64,000 bases of DNA from Eledone cirrhosa (lineage: Eukaryota), in contig OZ024743.1 of assembly GCA_964016885.1 (NCBI GenBank), positions 101,060,001-101,124,000 of the forward strand. Reading direction: 5' to 3'. The notes under the pieces are model-generated. The model made no database searches. It was not told the DNA's origin and saw only the letters and a program-made list of their open reading frames with translations. Each line of letters opens with the position of its first letter. Positions within the stretch are counted from its first letter, which is position 1. Below, piece by piece: positions 63,301 to 64,000 of this stretch. The translations under genes were made by a program, and so were the position numbers.

Positions 63301-63880
63301 TCCCCACTCTTTCTATATATTCCCCACTCTTTCTATATAGTCCCCACTCTTTCTATATATTCCTCACTCTTTCTCTATATTCCTCACTCTTTCTATATAT
63401 TCCTCACTCCTTCTCGATATTCCCCACTCTTTCTATATATTCCTCACTCCTTCTATATATTCCTCACTCTTTCTATATATTCCTCACTCTTTCTATATAT
63501 TCCCCACTCTTTCTATATATTCCTCACTCTTTCTATATATTCCCCACTTATTCTATATATTCCTCACTCTTTCTATATATTCCTCACTCTTTCTATATAT
63601 TCCCCACTCTTTCTATATATTCGTCACTCTTTCTATATATTCCCCACTCTTTCTATATATTCCCCACTCTTTCTATATATTCCTCACTCTTTCTATATAT
63701 TCCTCACTCTTTCTATATATTTCCCACTCTTTCTATAATATCTTCCCCTCTCTTTCTATATATTCCCCACTCTTTCTATATATCCCTCACTCTTTCTATA
63801 TATTCCTCACTCTTTCTACATATTCCCCACTCTTTCTACATAATCCCCATTATTCTATATATTCCCCACTCTTTCTATAT
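57400..63880. repeat. Higher-order repeat, ~2.5 tandem copies of a 2,605-bp unit (129 monomers), preceded by a diverged copy at offset 2,751 bp
   Basis: The G of marker cttttgatat is at 55250, 58001, 60606 and 63211. Marker acttattc is at 55585, 58336, 60941 and 63546, and taatccccattattc is at 58631, 61236 and 63841. Confidence 0.93.
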
Positions 63881-64000
63881 ATTCCCCACTCTTTCTATAT
63901 ATTCCTCACTCTTTCTATAATATCTTCCCCACTCTTTCTATATATATTCCCCACTCTTTCTATATATTCCTCACTCTTTCTAGATATTCCCCACTCTTTC

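Larger units (their letters stand above)
1..64000. repeat. Tandem satellite array, 20-bp monomer CC(C/T)CACTCTTTCTATATATT with interspersed 23-bp variants (about 3,100-3,200 monomers); array extends beyond both window edges
   Basis: The monomer is readable from base 1 (cctcactctttctatatatt) to base 64000 with no break or inversion. Most units are 0-2 substitutions from consensus and position 3 alternates C/T. Copy number is estimated as 64000 divided by ~20.3. Confidence 0.99.

Noticed and set aside
221-63930. Frame-preserving +3 insertion as evidence of coding constraint
   Set aside because: The insertion creates TAA in one frame, the monomer itself is not a multiple of 3, and 19- and 22-bp units occur and are propagated.
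221-63930. TATAAT (-10 box) and TATATA (TATA-like) motifs as promoters
   Set aside because: They are intrinsic to the monomers and occur hundreds to thousands of times, with no -35 element or downstream gene.
1-64000. Absence of minus-strand ORFs as evidence of a coding strand
   Set aside because: Each minus-strand monomer contains TAG, and the 20-bp period places it in every frame once per 60 bp.
1-64000. CRISPR array
   Set aside because: Repeats abut directly with no unique spacers, leader or cas genes.
1-64000. G-quadruplex or i-motif array from GGGG/CCCC runs
   Set aside because: Runs are 16 nt apart and frequently interrupted (GAGG), so canonical short-loop G4 motifs are absent. Long-loop structures cannot be supported without experiment.
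1-64000. Embedded transposon, RNA gene, inverted segment, or assignment to a named satellite or species
   Set aside because: No non-satellite or reverse-orientation stretch was seen, and I cannot match the monomer to a named family from memory.

Overview
All 64,000 bases belong to one uninterrupted, single-orientation tandem satellite array. The 20-bp monomer consensus is 5'-CC(C/T)CACTCTTTCTATATATT-3' (minus strand AATATATAGAAAGAGTG(G/A)GG). A recurrent 23-bp monomer class (typically ...CTATAATATATT) makes up roughly 7-13% of units in the two blocks I counted. I see no unique sequence, gene, RNA gene, transposon or CRISPR array, so no protein-coding system is supported. Every ORF in the track is an artefact of a stop-free, G-less plus strand. 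The informative signal is array architecture: ordered cassettes of variant monomers reused in shuffled order, young segmental duplications mostly 2.0-2.75 kb long (some nested), a 2,605-bp higher-order repeat at the right end, and a ~10-bp TT phasing. The array is most consistent with eukaryotic centromeric, pericentromeric or subtelomeric satellite DNA, but organism and function cannot be determined from the sequence alone. Duplication boundaries are approximate (about +/-1-3 monomers) and were read by eye from diagnostic variants and ORF-track offsets.
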